From NCBI GenBank assembly GCA_037447605.1, contig CM074805.1, positions 2,451,361 through 2,515,360 of the forward strand: a DNA stretch of 64,000 nt, given 5' to 3'. A program made the position numbers and the translations under genes. Positions within the stretch are counted from its first letter, which is position 1. Each line of letters begins with the position of its first letter. Under the pieces are notes generated by a model. That model was not told the origin of the DNA and ran no database searches. It saw only the letters and a program-made list of their open reading frames with translations. Below are positions 37,590 to 52,100 of the stretch, piece by piece. Source of the DNA: Zygnema circumcarinatum SAG 698-1b. Taxonomy: Eukaryota; Plantae; Zygnematophyceae.

Positions 37590-37745
37590 GAGTGGTTGAC
37601 CAATGGTGCCAACCATTGCCGTCGGTCCAAATTAACCATTGCCAATGGACACAACCATTGGACGACGATGGCTACCAACCATTGGGGACCTCCAACCATT
37701 GCCATCCAATGGCTGGCTAATGGTTGCCGATCCCATGGTCCGAAC
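37590..37745 (-). repeat. Short degenerate copy of the CAATGG/AACCATTG satellite, in reverse orientation
   Basis: About 7 AACCATTG/CAATGG motifs. Its reverse complement starts CGGACCATGGG, as at the start of the right-hand satellite block (about 14650). A further fragment GTTGGATCAACCATTG at about 36749-36764 exactly matches about 14659-14674. Confidence 0.7.
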
Positions 37746-38315
37746 TCGCAGGAAATCCGTTGGCAATTTAGAGCCGCAGTTCGGCGGGGGTTACGAGCCG
37801 TACAAGTTCTATGCCGGAACGTACGGTCCATCCGTACACAACCGTCGCTTTTGCGGAGTTAAGGGCCGACCGCCGACGGCGGCCCTCTGAACCCTCCAAT
37901 TTATCCACTCCGCTTCCACTTGCCCGCTGTGGCGGTCAGAAAGAACTATTGATTCTTAGCCGTCGATCTGTTAAGCCACTGGAATCGAACGGCCGTCCGA
38001 TTCCAAAAAAAATCTTTCCCTTAATAATATGGAGTCAACAAACCCCTAAAATATCTTGGAGGTAGAATCCGTTCCGTACACGTGGCACTCCATCGACGTA
38101 AAAGGCTTCCCCTAATTTGAGAAATCCTAGCCGTCCGATTTCGAGATCGAACGGCCAGAAATCGCCGGCCGGGGGGAGCCCCGAGTCGCGCCCTGGGCTT
38201 ATTTGTAGGCTCCGCGGCGGCCGGGTGAAAGGGAAGCCGCACTCATCTTTCTGTCTCTAAGTTTGTGCGGCAGCCGGAAAGGTAGGGAAGGAAGGAGGGT
38301 TTGTGTCTGCAAGCC

Positions 38316-39085
38316 ATGGCTGAATACCGGTGCTTCGTGGGCGGCCTCGCCTGGGCGACTACTGATGACAGGCTGCAGGAGGCTTTCTCGAAATACGGCC
38401 AAGTGACTGATTGCAAGGTGCGGAGAGTTATGCTTATTGATTGCAAGACACAGCAATTGCCCGGTCCTGCATCGTTGTCCGAAGCCTTCTCAGATTCTCG
38501 TTGTCTCAAGCGGACGACGTCATTTCAAACGTTTTCAAGTAGTGCAGTTCGGTTGCGCCTGCTCTTTTGATCGTTCTTGCTGCAATCTGGCTTACATTTC
38601 TCTGATTTGTGTATTCAGAATGTTGACCCTCAGATATCGCGGATTGGGTTTTTTTTGTGCAGGTGATCAACGACAGGGAAACTGGCCGATCTCGTGGTTT
38701 TGGATTCGTGACCTACGCCGACGAGACGTCCATGAACAATGCAATTAATGAAATGAACGGTCAGGAGCTTGACGGAAGGAATATCACCGTTAACCAAGCA
38801 CAGTCCAGGGGCGGCGGCGGTGGCGGTGGCGGTGGCGGCGGCAGCTATGGTGGTGGCGGTAGCCGGGGAGGCAGCTATGGCGGCGGTAGCAGATACAGCG
38901 GAGGCGGTGGTGGATATGGCAGCGGAGGAGGCGGTGGTAGCTATGGCAGCGGAGGAGGCGGTGGCGGTTATAACAATGACAGGTACGGCAGTGGCGGAGG
39001 CGGAAGCTATGGTGGTGGCAGTCGTGGTGGAGGTGGAGGTGGAGGCAACTGGAGGAGCGAGGGTGGTGGTGGCCGAGATTACTGA
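38316..39085 (+). CDS. Glycine-rich RNA-binding protein (GRP7/GRP8-like, single RRM + Gly-rich tail)
   Basis: Exon 1 38316-38417 ([16 protein letters not shown]2) and exon 2 38663-39085 ([21 protein letters not shown]1, then GGGGSYGG repeats). The intron lies in the RRM at the position known for GRP7/8. Confidence 0.97.
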
Positions 39086-40952
39086 TTGCAAACGCAATTG
39101 TGATGAGCTTTTCCGTTCTATGACTCAGCTCCAAGAATACGCTCATGCAACACCGCTTGGTGTTGTCTTAGCGGCATATTTTTGGGGCTGTTAATCCGAT
39201 GGAGGGAGCTGATCTTATCTTTGAGCGATCTAGTGCACGTCTGCCTTAACCGCAGATGTGGTCGCTCATCGCTTGCGAAGAGGGAATGTGCATAGCTGAA
39301 CAAGACTCGTGGCCTGTACAGTGCCGCTTGCTATATAGACATGTTCGCGATGAGAGTAATAGGGAGAGTGGCATTTTCTAATGGTTTTGACCCCACGGCT
39401 GAAAAATTGTCCTGAAGACTTTCCTGCTCGGATTAGTGCTGAAATCCAGTAGTATCTAGCTCTGGAGATCTGAAAAGAGGATGGTAGACGGCATTTAACT
39501 CGTCCTGTTCATGTTGAGTGCGTGATTCTGGGTCCTTCAACCGATTCTGGCAGATGTTCGCTGGCTCTTCTTTAGCTTATTGTCCGACAATTCCAGAGGC
39601 CAGCTCTTCTGGCCGTGTGCTCTCTTGTATGTCAATGTGGCTGGTGAAATGGATCGCTCATGGTTTCGCAGTGCAACGAAAATAAATTTTGTTCTCTACT
39701 TTTAATGGATCACGACCATTTTGCACTTTTTATTACCATAAAATTGTTCGTACCTCATGCGTCTGTGCTCCTGCACGTGAAGCTCTATGGACTGTGAAGA
39801 GGCCTTTGATTTTGTCTAATTTCGGCTGAACTGTTTTGCAATGCAGGTTGGGCTTGCAAAACTGTTGAGTCTTGGACGTTCCTGTTAGATTTGCTGCCAT
39901 CCTTGTGCTGCCCTTGCAGGTACCACTCTCTTGGGGATTTTCAAGGTAAGGCCCACCCCTTTAACGCTTGTTTTACGGTGGATGCAGTCTTTGCCAGGAG
40001 GTGCTTAAGTGGAATCACTTGTTATTCATCAGGGTGCGAGTTTCTCTGTGGTTGGTCTAGTCTTGCAGTCCCATGGTGCCCACTTGCATCGCTTATTAGG
40101 AAAGGTGACGGATTGTGAAGTGTATTGCGGTTGATGAATTGGTGCCGTCAATGAAATCAACGTTTGTGGCCAATAAACTACTGGACAGATATGAAGGGTT
40201 ATTTTTTGTCATGGTTTGAAAGTTGTCCCACCGTTCTCAGAAACGCTCATTGTCTGACTTAGTGTGTTACGGGAGCAGTCGTGTTCTGAAGAATATTTCC
40301 CCCCCCCTTAAAAAGCCCTTCTATCGATAAATGACGAATTAATGACGATTGTAAATGTTGATACATGATAACATTTCTAAATCTCGTCGTTCAAAGTCGA
40401 TGAAAAGGTAACTCCGTCAATGGAGGATAAAATACCACATTGTCGTTTTTGGAAGATGGACGTATACATAATATGATATGGTAACTGCGGCAATTGTTGA
40501 TTCAATGATAAACAGTAGCCGGTAGATCATGTAACAATGTTCAATGAAAGGAACACTTTCTCAGGACATTTTCTCCATCTAAAGTAGCGGGAGCTTCGCA
40601 TTGATCTGAAAATGGCGTTGCTATCAAATGAACACGGAAAAAGTTAACATGAAAAGCGGAGGCGAACTCTCTGCAGAATGACCAAATTACATCGAAAAAA
40701 ATGACATATTCTTTATTTGTGCAAAGCTGAATATAATCTGCACATGTCAAGTACAAAGAACCTAATGGAAAAAGCATCTGTTCAGTAGGTACAGTACCAA
40801 AATAAGATTAGCTTCTAAGACTTTTATCTTGCTTAGCAAGTACGCAGTCATATTCTGTTCTACTCCTACTTCCCAATACTCTTCAAGCAAGGCCAGTCAA
40901 AAGAACCTTTACCTTATGTTCCTGCCTACTCCGATTCTCTAATCAGAGTCGG

Positions 40953-43900
40953 TCAGAAAATTTCCTTGGTGAAACCCGGATCAACTCCCTTGACCTGATC
41001 CTTCGTTTCAGCCCACGCCGCCTTCAAGAGTGGAAGGATCTGTTGCAAAATTGCCGGAGTTGCGAATCGCAGCTCCCACACAGTGAAGCCAGAATGGTCG
41101 GACCCAAGACCTCGGGACCCATCGCTTGGCGTCCCAATAGAGGGCTGACGTGAATCGGAGCTGAAGAATACCAAGGAGAGCTGGCGGCGGTCTTTGCGGC
41201 TTGGGACCTGTTAGGGTTCATGGAGGCCGCAGTTGAAAATTGATCAATTCAAGGCATGCCCCAAGCCACTAGGGGTTTCAGACTGAAAAGTTTCTTACTT
41301 TCGAAATTCGAAACCAGTACACACTTCCCCCGTGAAATAGGTAGTTACATCGAAATGCTTCGAATTACTTTCGTGTCGTTTTTTCAATTCCGAAACCCGC
41401 TTTCGTCGGAATCAAAAATGCTTTCCAGGACAAGAAACTAATGCATGTGGGAAAAGGACTCCACAGCAGAAAACCACACCATCCTATCATCAAGTTTGAC
41501 ACCTCTCATTCCTTCATGAATGAGGGGAGAAAGGCACCTGCTAAACCGCATCTTGAGGCATCCTAAGGAAAAGGAAAATCCGAAAAGAAGGGAAACAAAA
41601 TGGTAAGGAATCAAATGTTGAACCAACATATGGAGGGGCAAAGGATGTGGAGCTTACAATTTTTCGGAGTTCTCCAATGGCTCGCTGGGTGTGGGGCACA
41701 TAGTAGTGCTCGTGCTCTTGGTTTTGGTCATAGACGAATCCGGCATGTTTAACATTAGCTACAAGAGAATGAGCAAATAAATGGAGCAGCTCCGAGCAAA
41801 GCACTAGAGATCTAGAAGTCATGATGAACGTAACCGCCATCCAACGCCCACCTGCAACCCCATATCAAAATAAATGACTCAGAAAGTAACTTACAAGAGC
41901 TGCCCAACCATGCATAACATATGCATGGACGAAATGAACAAAAACAGAGTCTGAGAATGGATCAGTGAAAACAAGGTAGGACAAGGAGGGCATGTACGTG
42001 TAATAGAAACGATTAGGGGAAAGAATCCATGTAACTTGCAATAGAAAGCTTGCTAGATCCAAAATTAGCAAGTAGTGTCATAGCCATCTGAAACAAAGGA
42101 AGGGTGTGAATTTCACCCGTTTCTGTATCACAACGGTAATGCAGCATGGCATATAGTCGTACATTGGTTTTTCGCTTGCTAAATACATCTTTCTCCAAGC
42201 AACACAGCTGCTCGGTGCCCCAGCTGCATTTAGACACGAGATGGCACAGTCAGACAGGATTCACCGCCCAGGACGAGATCTGAATGTCAGTCTGCCTCAC
42301 ATAAATGTCAGCTATTTACTACCCGCATGTAACTAGCTCGCAAACATACACTAATCGAAAACCAAAATTATTTGTATCAACTTGAAAAGTAGGTGCAGAT
42401 GAATGATATTTCAGGGACAGAAAGAAGTCACACCATTCCACGTTTAAGGACAGGCTCCTTTCAGATGCCTCAGCATCAGTCCGTGTTGTGAGGCGCTGCA
42501 GAAGGTCCGACGTCACAGTCGCACTCCGGGTGGCAATCACATATTCAGACGCAGCACCAGCATGCAGCCTATGCGTGGGACAAGAAAAGTGAACAAAATA
42601 AAGCACAAATTGGCATGAGTTTGTTATGATGTACTTGATTACGCCATTCATGCGCCACATGTCTGACGTACAGGAGCAAAAGATGCGACTTCCGTACGTT
42701 GGAACAAACAGCGACTGTTTCAACTACTGCCAGCTAGTACTGCCTACGAGCGAGCAAAGAAAACAATTTCAAGAGCTTCAGAATATATTCAGAGTATGTT
42801 TATGGGATGTACTGCTGAAGATCAAGCCCCTTTTTGCTTGTTATTGAAAGTAAGATGCACTTGTTTTCCTTCACGAGTAGCTCAGCTAAATATGCCCCAT
42901 GAGTGCATCCGTGTCTGTTACTTGAACAGATGTCAGAACCAGTGCATCCATTGATATCAGCTGCGCTGCTGGTTCATACCTGAGGACTTGTAAGCCTAGA
43001 CCAACCACCAGGCGCTTGACATCAGTCAATCTGTGGCTCGCAATCACTCGAAGAACCAAATCTGCAAACCATCTCTAGTGACCACGGGTGTCAGAAGCAA
43101 GACCATTCCTGACCTGCGATACTATTCTGGCCACACAGCATGGACAGCCAGATCAGAAAATGTGGAGCATTCTTTCTACATGACTGTACAGGCTTAAGAA
43201 ATTGCCATCGGGCACATGCGCTGAAACTCAAGCCAAACTCACGAATTTAGTGCATTAGAAAACTTGTTGACTACTTAATCAAAACTTTACAAGGATCGGC
43301 CTAATCACCTTGTCGATGGGTGAGAGCAGATTGACTAATCTCTTCCCGCAAGATGTAGACTTTGAGATCGCTACTGAAAAGCAAAATCGTCGGACTGCAA
43401 AACCAATTCCACGCTGTCTGTAAGAATTGCGGCAGACCAAGTTACCTGCAGAAATAAAACGTATATTGTCGTCTTCTGTAGACTGGAATCGTACAGTAAA
43501 TGCACCGCTAAGGTGAAAAGTTATTGCCAACTTAGTAGAGAAGACTGCAGCAACTGCAATGTTGTTTCAGGAACTTCACTCTAATTTGTATGGCTGGTGT
43601 GATCGTAAGTGATGCTCACCTCTCTTCTCTCTCCTCCTTCCAAACACGAAGGCAACCACAGCGAAGGTATCCAATGCTATGTTCTGCTGTCTTCTGATCA
43701 CCCACAGTTCTCCGAAAACAAACCTCGAGCTCATCGTCCGGAAGTGGCGTCGACGCTTCTGTGGACCTTAAACTAGCTTTCAGTTTGATGTTTGGACCTT
43801 CTTCTGACACTTTGCGGTGTCTTCCTGATGACCCGCTATCTATCTGCCTCGGTGTATCCTTCCAGGCCTGTCCAGTCCATTCTGTATCTGCATTTCGCTC

Positions 43901-46900
43901 AAACTGGGGAGACCAAATCAAAGGTTCAAATTTTTCAAATAACTCATCCTCCTCATCCGTTGATGTTCTGTCAACCCACTTTACACGGCGCAGAGGGCGC
44001 CTATTGCCGACGAATCCACCACCAGCTGTGGCCATTGCATCATCTCTGTAGTCATCCAGACGCGGCCCTCTTTCTGCGACTGTGAGAAGCCTATCGTACT
44101 CAGACTTGCCTTCATCCCAGGACATTTTCAGCGACCTCCATGTTCCTCCCCCAAATTCCCAATCAGCCCCTTGGGGACCACTTTCACCAGACTGCATCCG
44201 TCTGCTGAACCATTTGCCCGACACATCAGAACCTGATCCCTCATCTGCGCCTTCCAGAGCTGAACTCGGATAGACATTGTCCCTCTGGCCAAATCTAGAC
44301 TCAAAGTCTAGCATGAGCCGCCCAATAGTACTATCCGCCCCTGTTGCAGGGCTGCAGGCGTTGCTCATACCACTCTCCGAATCAGACCATTCCACACTAG
44401 TGCTAGAGGACTCATTATCATCTGATACATTGCTTTGTTCAGTGCGGAGCTCTTCCTCCCGTCTGTCACCCAAACGCACAGGTTTGTCTTCGTCTTTGAA
44501 GGAGGCATCCTCATAAACGACTCCCTCAGCTGGTGACCAAGCACCGTTCAAACAATTTGGATCAAATGTACCCGACTGCGACGTTGAGTCGTCTACCAAA
44601 TCTTCTGCAAACCTGCCAATCTGGACGTTTGGCAAGACAAACGGCAGATGCTCACTGTCCACATTATGTTCGGATGGTCCATGCTCATTTCCAGCTACAA
44701 GAGTGGAATTCGAAGACTTCATATCCCCTCTGCTATCAAAACCCTTTTCAATTTGCTTCCAACTGATGTCAGGGGGGGGTTTTGGTCGTGATCGCGACCT
44801 TCGACGAACCATCGAGCTTTCTATTCTTCGATTTGTGCTGCCCAGCATGTCATTTTCATCAGCTCCGAATTCCACCTGAAGGTTAGTCCCATTTCCAGTA
44901 AACTCCAAGAGCCAGCTGTCGGTTGGCCACGACCCTTCCTCTTCTCTATGCTTTGATGACGAGATAGCATCCATTGGATCTTCAAACGTCGAAGCTACTG
45001 ATTTATTTGGAGATCCGAGTTCCTCCATCTGGAGCAGGTCACGTTGCTCCATGATGAGAATTTCCTGACTTTCTCCATGAGTTTCTTGGTAGTCGTGAAT
45101 AGTGCCCTCCTCAGTGGTTGTCTCCACATCTGCCAATACCCCTTGAACTACTGCAGGGGGACAACTAGCTTCCTGCAATAACAAATTTAATGTGAGATAT
45201 GTGGATCCAGAACACTGAATAGGTGGAGCAATGCAATACACAAACCTGGCACCGCATTCGGTTAACAAAATTGACCGAATTTTGAATCGCCAGGTGCCGG
45301 GGTTGGCACAGAAGTCTACCAGGTAAAAAGCAAGAAATGGGAGTTGAGGAGGAAAGAAAAGGTTCGTATAAGGGGAAGGATCCAAAAACCAGTTGAACAG
45401 CGACTGATGAATGGCAAGGTTTCCTTCACTTCATAAACTGTTCGACTTGTCCTCCAACAACAGTGCCTGGTTTGCTGACATCATCCTTAACCTCCTTTTG
45501 GCAGCAATACATCATGAGTCCGCTAACTTGTATATATCCACCCAAAGTATATTCATCACAATTACTTCAAGCTGTTATTTCTCACACGTGCATTCAAGCT
45601 AAATTGAAAGCTTGCCTAATTATGAGAGTTGAGTAGCGGAAAGAGTATCACCTGCTGAGGCAAGATATCACAAGTCCTCCCAAAACTGCTCCTTCGAAGC
45701 CCTGAGCGGTCTCTCCGGTGCAAGTGAAGGGAACCTCTCACCAGCAACTTTTCAAACCCACTTGCACGCCTGCCATCCAGCAAAAGCTGGGAGAAGCATG
45801 CCAACATAAACATAGGTTCAGAAGTGCTGCTCTCAAAGAGAACAGGATGGTCTGAAGCAAAGCTACATTCGGAGCTCGTCACTTCAAACTCCGGCAAGGT
45901 TATTCTAATCAACCTGTCCTGTAGCGGCCATACCTTCTCAGGAGGGAAATTTAGATGTCAAGATGCTCAAGTTGTCGTGAAACAGTAACATGCTAGCTCA
46001 CCAACATCTCCTGTGCACGGGTTTAAGGGACATTAAAAGTTGTGATTTAATTAACCGCTTAATCAAAGGAAAGGGTTTTTCGCCGCAAATCAACTAACCT
46101 TGAATGGTTCTGCAAACAGGCTAAGTGTTTGCAAGCGGTACTTCTTGAGAGAGGCCAACGGATTTCCATCCAACCACAGGTGACTGAGGCAGGAAAGGCC
46201 TTGAAGTCGTGCCACCTCCGTCAGAGAACTCAGCAAGTTATAACCCAAGTCGAGCTTCTCCAGGACCCTGAGTTCCTCCAGTCCTCGTGTGTTAGAAATC
46301 GCATTCCCGCGCAGTACCAAAGTGGTCAAATTTGAAAGCCCCTGCGAGGACAAAACAATATCAGGAAAGCGCCTGGACCACTTTTCCTAAACTCTTATGA
46401 TAGTTGAGACTCCATTTGGCGATGGAGGAACAATCAGTTTTGGAAACAATTCTGCACTCACTGAAAAACTAAAACTACATAGCAGAAAGGAATGTGCAAA
46501 CTTCATTGGCTTCACACTTTCCAAGTTGACTGCATTTTGGGACACGATGCACCTGCTTTCTTGCAGAGCAAATAGGTGACAGACTTTTTTCCTATGCTGA
46601 CCCGGAAAAAACGTCTAGGAGAATGGTTGATAAAATGAGAGACTGACGTCATAATAAGACACACGCTTTGTACGGAAACGTAAGTCATTCCCGTGCAAGA
46701 TCAGAGGAACGTACAATTCGCAGGGAGTCAACTGCATTAATGTGATTGAATCCAATGTCCAGCCACCGGAGACGCGTGCAGTGCTCAAGGTTGGCAACTT
46801 TAGTCAGGGCATTCCTGCTAAGATCCAGCGTGCGAACAGCTGGTAACACTCGTAACGCATCATCCATTAGCAAAACGCCATTCTTGGAGCACACAACGGT

Positions 46901-48192
46901 ACTCAAGCAAACCCATGGAATTAGGGAAGCATCCACTACTCGTTCGAGAAAGATGTGTTGCAGGGCATTCTGCAATAGAAGAACGAAACTTGCATTTGAG
47001 GTTAAAAAAAAAAATTGATTGCAGCAGTTGGAACATCGGGCTGCTCTACCTGGGAGATTAACTGTACTAATATGACCCGATTAAACAAGCAGAGAAGCAA
47101 AGCAGAAAGCAAGCTGGAAAACAGCACCAAGCTAGACACCTGAGCGAATGCGTTCACGTCAACGAACAAGCCGCAATTAACCTTTGAAACAAGGAAGTAA
47201 ACGAGAGAAATAAAAAAGTTCACTGTCTCCCACTGCAAGCCCTTTGGTCAAGAAAATGTTTCTGACGTGCCTTGCAAAAGAAATCGCTCATGATATAACT
47301 TCAAAATACAACTATCAAAGCCGTCCCCTACGATGAATTCCAAATGCCAACCAAAAGAACAACAAACATCGCCAGCAAGCTTGTTATTGACGATAAACTT
47401 AAAATTGATGGGCAGAACTTAAGCCAAAAGATTCAACTTCTGTTTTCTGAGAATGTGCCTGAACTCTGGCCTATATAAAACTGGAAGTGCTCCGTGATGG
47501 ATGGCAAAGTGTCTGTCTGGAATGGCACTCTCTTCTCAGTGGAGTGATAAGAGCAACAATTGCGACCGACTTCTGTAAATTCCTAAGTACGTCATGGCTT
47601 ATCCCACATACATTTGGCCAACGGTATGAAACGGAGTCTATTCCGGGTTGAGCTATCTATGAAGTGTAGAACCATTGATGCCAGACTTAAAGAGCTGTAT
47701 GGCTTGGAGATAGCGTGTTGCATAGAGATACAAGCATAGAGATTTCCATGTTACCGCAGAGTTGTGACATATGAGCTTCTCCAAACAAGGCCGAAGCTCC
47801 ACCAATCCCCTTGCAGAGCATGTTGACAAGTCGCAACCACGAAGCTCAAGGACTCTTAGCCTGCCAAATGGCAGTAGGTTGATCGGCGTGGGGTCCCTAG
47901 AACCCTTAGTCAGCGACACTACTTGTACACTTTCTAGAAGCAAAAGAAAGCGTCGAAGCTTTTCCAGCTGCCGATAATCTCCAAGATCTGTAATGTACGC
48001 CCTCAAGTAATCGACTGGAGCATTAATCCTCAAGTCTTCAAGTTCCTTCAGCGAAGCAAGGCGAGACTGCAAATACAGTAAGCCAACCGGATTAAGCTTC
48101 AGAACCACTGATCCCTCCAGAAGCTGCTCGGCATGATGGTCTATGAATGCCGCGAGGAGCTCCAAGTAGCGATCGCCGGTCACTATGGCCAT
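40953..48192 (-). CDS. STK11IP/LIP1-like leucine-rich repeat protein (AT3G17920 'outer arm dynein light chain 1' family)
   Basis: Exon 1 48192-47755: MAIVTGDRYLE..LKLNPVGL..APVDYLRAY..DLGDYRQLEKLRR..RDPTP..LPFGRLRVLELRGCDLS. LRR exons 46969-46715 and 46341-46099 (LDLSRNALTKV, LDIGFN, LVLRGNAI, LDLGYNLLS, LWLDGNPL). A long acidic exon at about 43620-45177 and RLVVGLGLQVLR follow. The last exon (FTVWELRF..*) is less certain. Confidence 0.88.
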
Positions 48193-48344
48193 TCCTGGAG
48201 GGCATGGCTTCAGCCACGCTGCAGCCCCCCCCGCCAGTCCTCGCAAGGAGGGGCCGCCATGGCTCCGGCAGCCATGGCTAGGGCTTGCGCTTCCATTGCA
48301 GCAGCAGCAGCAGACAGCAGGCGTCAGGAGCGCGGAGGCGCCGC

Positions 48345-48639
48345 CACGTGGAAAGGGCCTCCCGCAAGTGGGTCCAGCTCCAACACCGCAGTTCCATGTC
48401 CGTACCTTCAGTTCCCGTTCCGTTCATGTACTTGTTCGTACTGCAAACGGTGCCGGGACCGATCCGCAAACGGAAGTTTGTGCCACGTGGCGCGATCTGA
48501 AGCGCCAGTTTCTGATCGGACGGCCCACAATCCGCGGCGCCTCCGGCGGCGAGGGGCCGTCCGAGGGGCGCGGGCGGCGCGTCCCCGCGTTCCGAGACTT
48601 CAGGAACGCAACCTCCCCCCAATGAGAAGGAGCCACGTG
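48345..48639. promoter_or_regulatory. Three GCCACGTGG G-boxes upstream of the LRR gene
   Basis: CACGTG at 48345, 48484 and 48634, each in a GCCACGTGG context, in a CpG-rich region 150-450 bp upstream of the ATG. Confidence 0.5.
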
Positions 48640-48827
48640 GCCAGAGCTGCCAAGGTGGTGGCGAGCCGCGGTGACCGCCGTCGCGGTCGCGGTTGGTATC
48701 GCCTCGCTCTGGCGGCGGCCCTGTTTCGCGCTCGTTCCATTCTCGCCGTCGTCGAGTTTTAGGGCTTGGTGAGGTTTGATGTGTGGGTGCATTCGCAAGT
48801 GAGAGGGGAAGTGGCATTGATCTTACA

Positions 48828-48875
48828 ATGGCGAGGCCATCAAATGTACATGGACAAAAACAACATGGAGAACCA
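48828..48875 (+). repeat. Partial dispersed copy of the 36.8-37.4 kb inverted-repeat arm
   Basis: ATGGCGAGGCCATCAAATGTACATGGACAAAAACAACATGGAGAACCA versus 37261-37308 ATGGCAAGACCATCAAATGTACATGGATAAAATCGACATAGGGAACCA. Confidence 0.75.
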
Positions 48876-49141
48876 CGATGAACTGGCAAGTGACTTTTGG
48901 TGCTTGAAGCATTGGAGGACAGGTTGCCTATATAGCAGCAAGGCTCCGGTCCACCACGCTAAAACCATATAGAAATGGGCTGCAGTTCATTTTTCAGGAG
49001 TAGCTCCGCATATCCCACAGGATAAGTCAGCATTTCCTCACACCTCTATCCAACAACACACAGTACAGTATGGTGTGGCATGCAGAAACCCGTTGTCACT
49101 CGGTCAGAATTGTAACAGAAAGATTATATTGGAAAAAGGCG

Positions 49142-52100
49142 TTAGAAGTTCCTACTGTACTTCCTAATTTCATACATGATGGATGGGATGGAAACCACAT
49201 CCTTGACAAGAGCGGATCCTCCTCCAACTCGCTGCACCACCACAGAAATGCCCAGAAATAGATGTGAGAGCCACTTCAATGAAAAACGAAAAAATAATAA
49301 CAATTAACGAAAAGCGATGTAATAGTCAACCCGGAGGCATGGAATGCAATGTGACAACATAAACGTAACAAAGAGAGGAGCCGAGCAAAGTAGAGGCCTG
49401 TTTCAGACCTTGAGGCAGTCTGACAGGCGAGTGTAGTAAAGTAGAAGCTGCGTGAGTGCCGCCCGGAGGATGTCCATTCCACACAAAAAGTTGCTAAAGT
49501 TGGTAATCACATCTTTGTGCATCGCCTCTATGGCCATCTGCAGTGACCTCAACCCAAGTACGAAATTTAACAAAGTAACTCACATTAGATCTGAGGAGCC
49601 TTCCTCGTGGTTCTCTCAGCAAGCCAAGGCCACAAACTGATGAGGAGCAGAAGAATACCTTCCAGCGCGCCGCAAAATCCTTGAGGAGTGGCTCAACCTC
49701 CTGCACAGAAATGGGCGCTACAGGAGTGCCTGCAGCTCTACTGCCTGACTGCTCCTCCCCTGTGCCTGTGGGAAATGACAGATCACTAAATTCAGGATTT
49801 CCACCGAAACACGGTTCTCAGTCACCTTTCCTCCACTACCTTCATTGCAATTACCATATCATCTGTTTTAACCAAAGCCTCAAAACTAAATCCAGGAGGA
49901 TCCACGAGCACTTCATTCAAAAAAGGGATTCATCAAGAGGGATTGAACTAAAGTGCAGGACAGTGACAAGGAAGGAAGCATCGGCTCGCACGGCAGCACT
50001 TACCTGCCCGTGTTTTGACAAATTCGATCAGCTTCAAGAAGTGTTCTCGCAGCTCCTCCTCCTGTGACCGTAGTATAACAATCAACAGATACCGCTCATT
50101 TTGGATAGTATGACGATTGGAAGCAACAAAATAAACATAGAATCTACTCCCATGGTAAATGTCTGAATTGACTTTCTTAACTTATGTTTAACGCCCCTGA
50201 TTCAAAAATACTCCAATAGACTGAGATCATAAGCAAGTCAGGCACGGTTTCAATCCAACATAATGATGGCAAAGGCACATCCGAGATCTCTTGGTTCTAT
50301 TGTGTAACCTGCAGCCAGAACTTTTATTTTTTGAGTTTCAGCCACAAAGAAATTCTCCGGATTTTGGAGGAAAGTAGGTTTTCCGCACCACAAAGACAGT
50401 TGTGAAGCTTGAGAGCAAATCCTCGAATGCCTGTTTTGTTTTGCCTCCGCTCACACCTGCCTCCTGTGAGCGCCATAGACCCACATTGCTCCATCAGGAT
50501 GCAAACAGAAGCAAACCAGTCTAAAAAAACGACAGGCATGCCTATAGTATGGTTTGATGTGTTTCAGAACGAGAAAGCACATACTTCGCAATCACAAAAA
50601 GAGATTGATGATGATGCCCAGAGTGATTTCTGACCTTGAGCACAGCTAACACAAGGTCATAATTGTTTATAAGAAAAATCATGCGCTGTTTCGGACGTGA
50701 AAACAAGCGAGAAAGTTCGACAAGAAGGTTATCCACCGCTATTCGAAGGCGATCAAGATTTAGATCCAACTGCAGCAGAACAATAAGCAATAACAAAACA
50801 GTGAGACGAGTGGATATTAAAGGTACAATCAAACCCTAAACCTGAAACCACTACACTGCCAATCATCCTCACATAACTGCCGCAGCTCGTTCACAAACAA
50901 CAAAATGAAGGCACCGACTTCAAACTGCCTTTTTGAGCAATTTCTGTCCCTCCCGGAGATGCTGAGCAGTCCTAACATCTGACTTCAGCATTCGAGAAAA
51001 TGCACGAAGCAGCACTTAGATAACTTGGCCGAGATCAATGAGGAGACACACCTGCCCGTCTCCATAGTCAATGTTCAACAGCATCATGGAAGCTGTAAAC
51101 TCTGCATAGCGGCGAGTAACATAGTGGGGATGCACATCGTCCTCCCAAAGAGATTTTGGATTCGCATTCCGAACGCTCTGAAGATGCATATCGAAGACTA
51201 GCTTGAAGCGCGGCCAGATCATAATGTTCACCTTTAACACCCGGTACAAAGACACAATAAGTAGAATCAGTTACTTTACTTTCAACTTCCCCTCTCCAAA
51301 AATAGGAGCTATTGCACACTGCCAAGCCACTGGCGACTGGGTTTGAAGCTCACCTTGTCCAAGTAAGCATCAAGACAGGGTACTCTTCTTCGTGACATGG
51401 TGAGCTGCAACCCAAACCTTACAACATGAAAAGGTCTTCATTCTCTTCTCTGCTTTCTCTCCTTTTCCAACACAGGGGAGTCTAATCATAATGCAATCAC
51501 TTGCCATGTAAGTCCCCTACTACGTTTCACGTTACCTGATGTTGGTAAGTCATGCGAATCATCATCATGAGCCCAATGGCGTCGTAACATGTCGGAAGGA
51601 CTGCTTGCAAGTGTTCATCGATAACTGCAAAAGGTCCTGTTCGACTCACACAGCAAAACTACAAAGTAGCACGTCAGACCGATGCACCATCGAAACGGTT
51701 TGATGAAAAACAAGCATCCGAACAAATGAAGCAGCATGTATGGGCTCCTCCCCTCGCCGCACCTGTGAAAATGCTATTGAAAGTTGACTCGTCTCCAAAA
51801 AAGTCGAGGCAGAACAGATACCTGCATCAAAGCCCATCATTCCCAGTGGTTGTGACGCATACCGCCATAGAGCAGAAAATTTGAATCGAGCACGTAACAA
51901 GGTATGTCCCAAAATCATCTCTGTCATTACTTCTTCTCTCATCTCAGTATAGAAACATCTATTGTTACTGATGCCTGTTGCAAAGGATCAAGCCACTCAC
52001 TCAGATGTGGCAGTGTCCATGAGCAGTTTATGCAAACTACGGAAGAGAACCTCGTAAGGGTACTTTGTATTGGCAGATTCAGCTATGTGTGGGATGATAG

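Noticed and set aside
38630-39194. Thr/Ala-, His/Arg- and Val/Ala-rich ORFs overlapping the GRP gene
   Set aside because: Alternative-frame and antisense shadows of the GGN-rich glycine tail.
39099-39212. Possible C/D snoRNA (GTGATGA..CTGA) after the GRP stop
   Set aside because: No terminal stem or recognisable rRNA antisense element, and it lies in an ordinary 3'UTR.
43616-45385. 589-aa ORF as a stand-alone gene
   Set aside because: It is the large internal exon of the LRR gene (acceptor near 45177, donor near 43620); its first ~70 codons are intronic.
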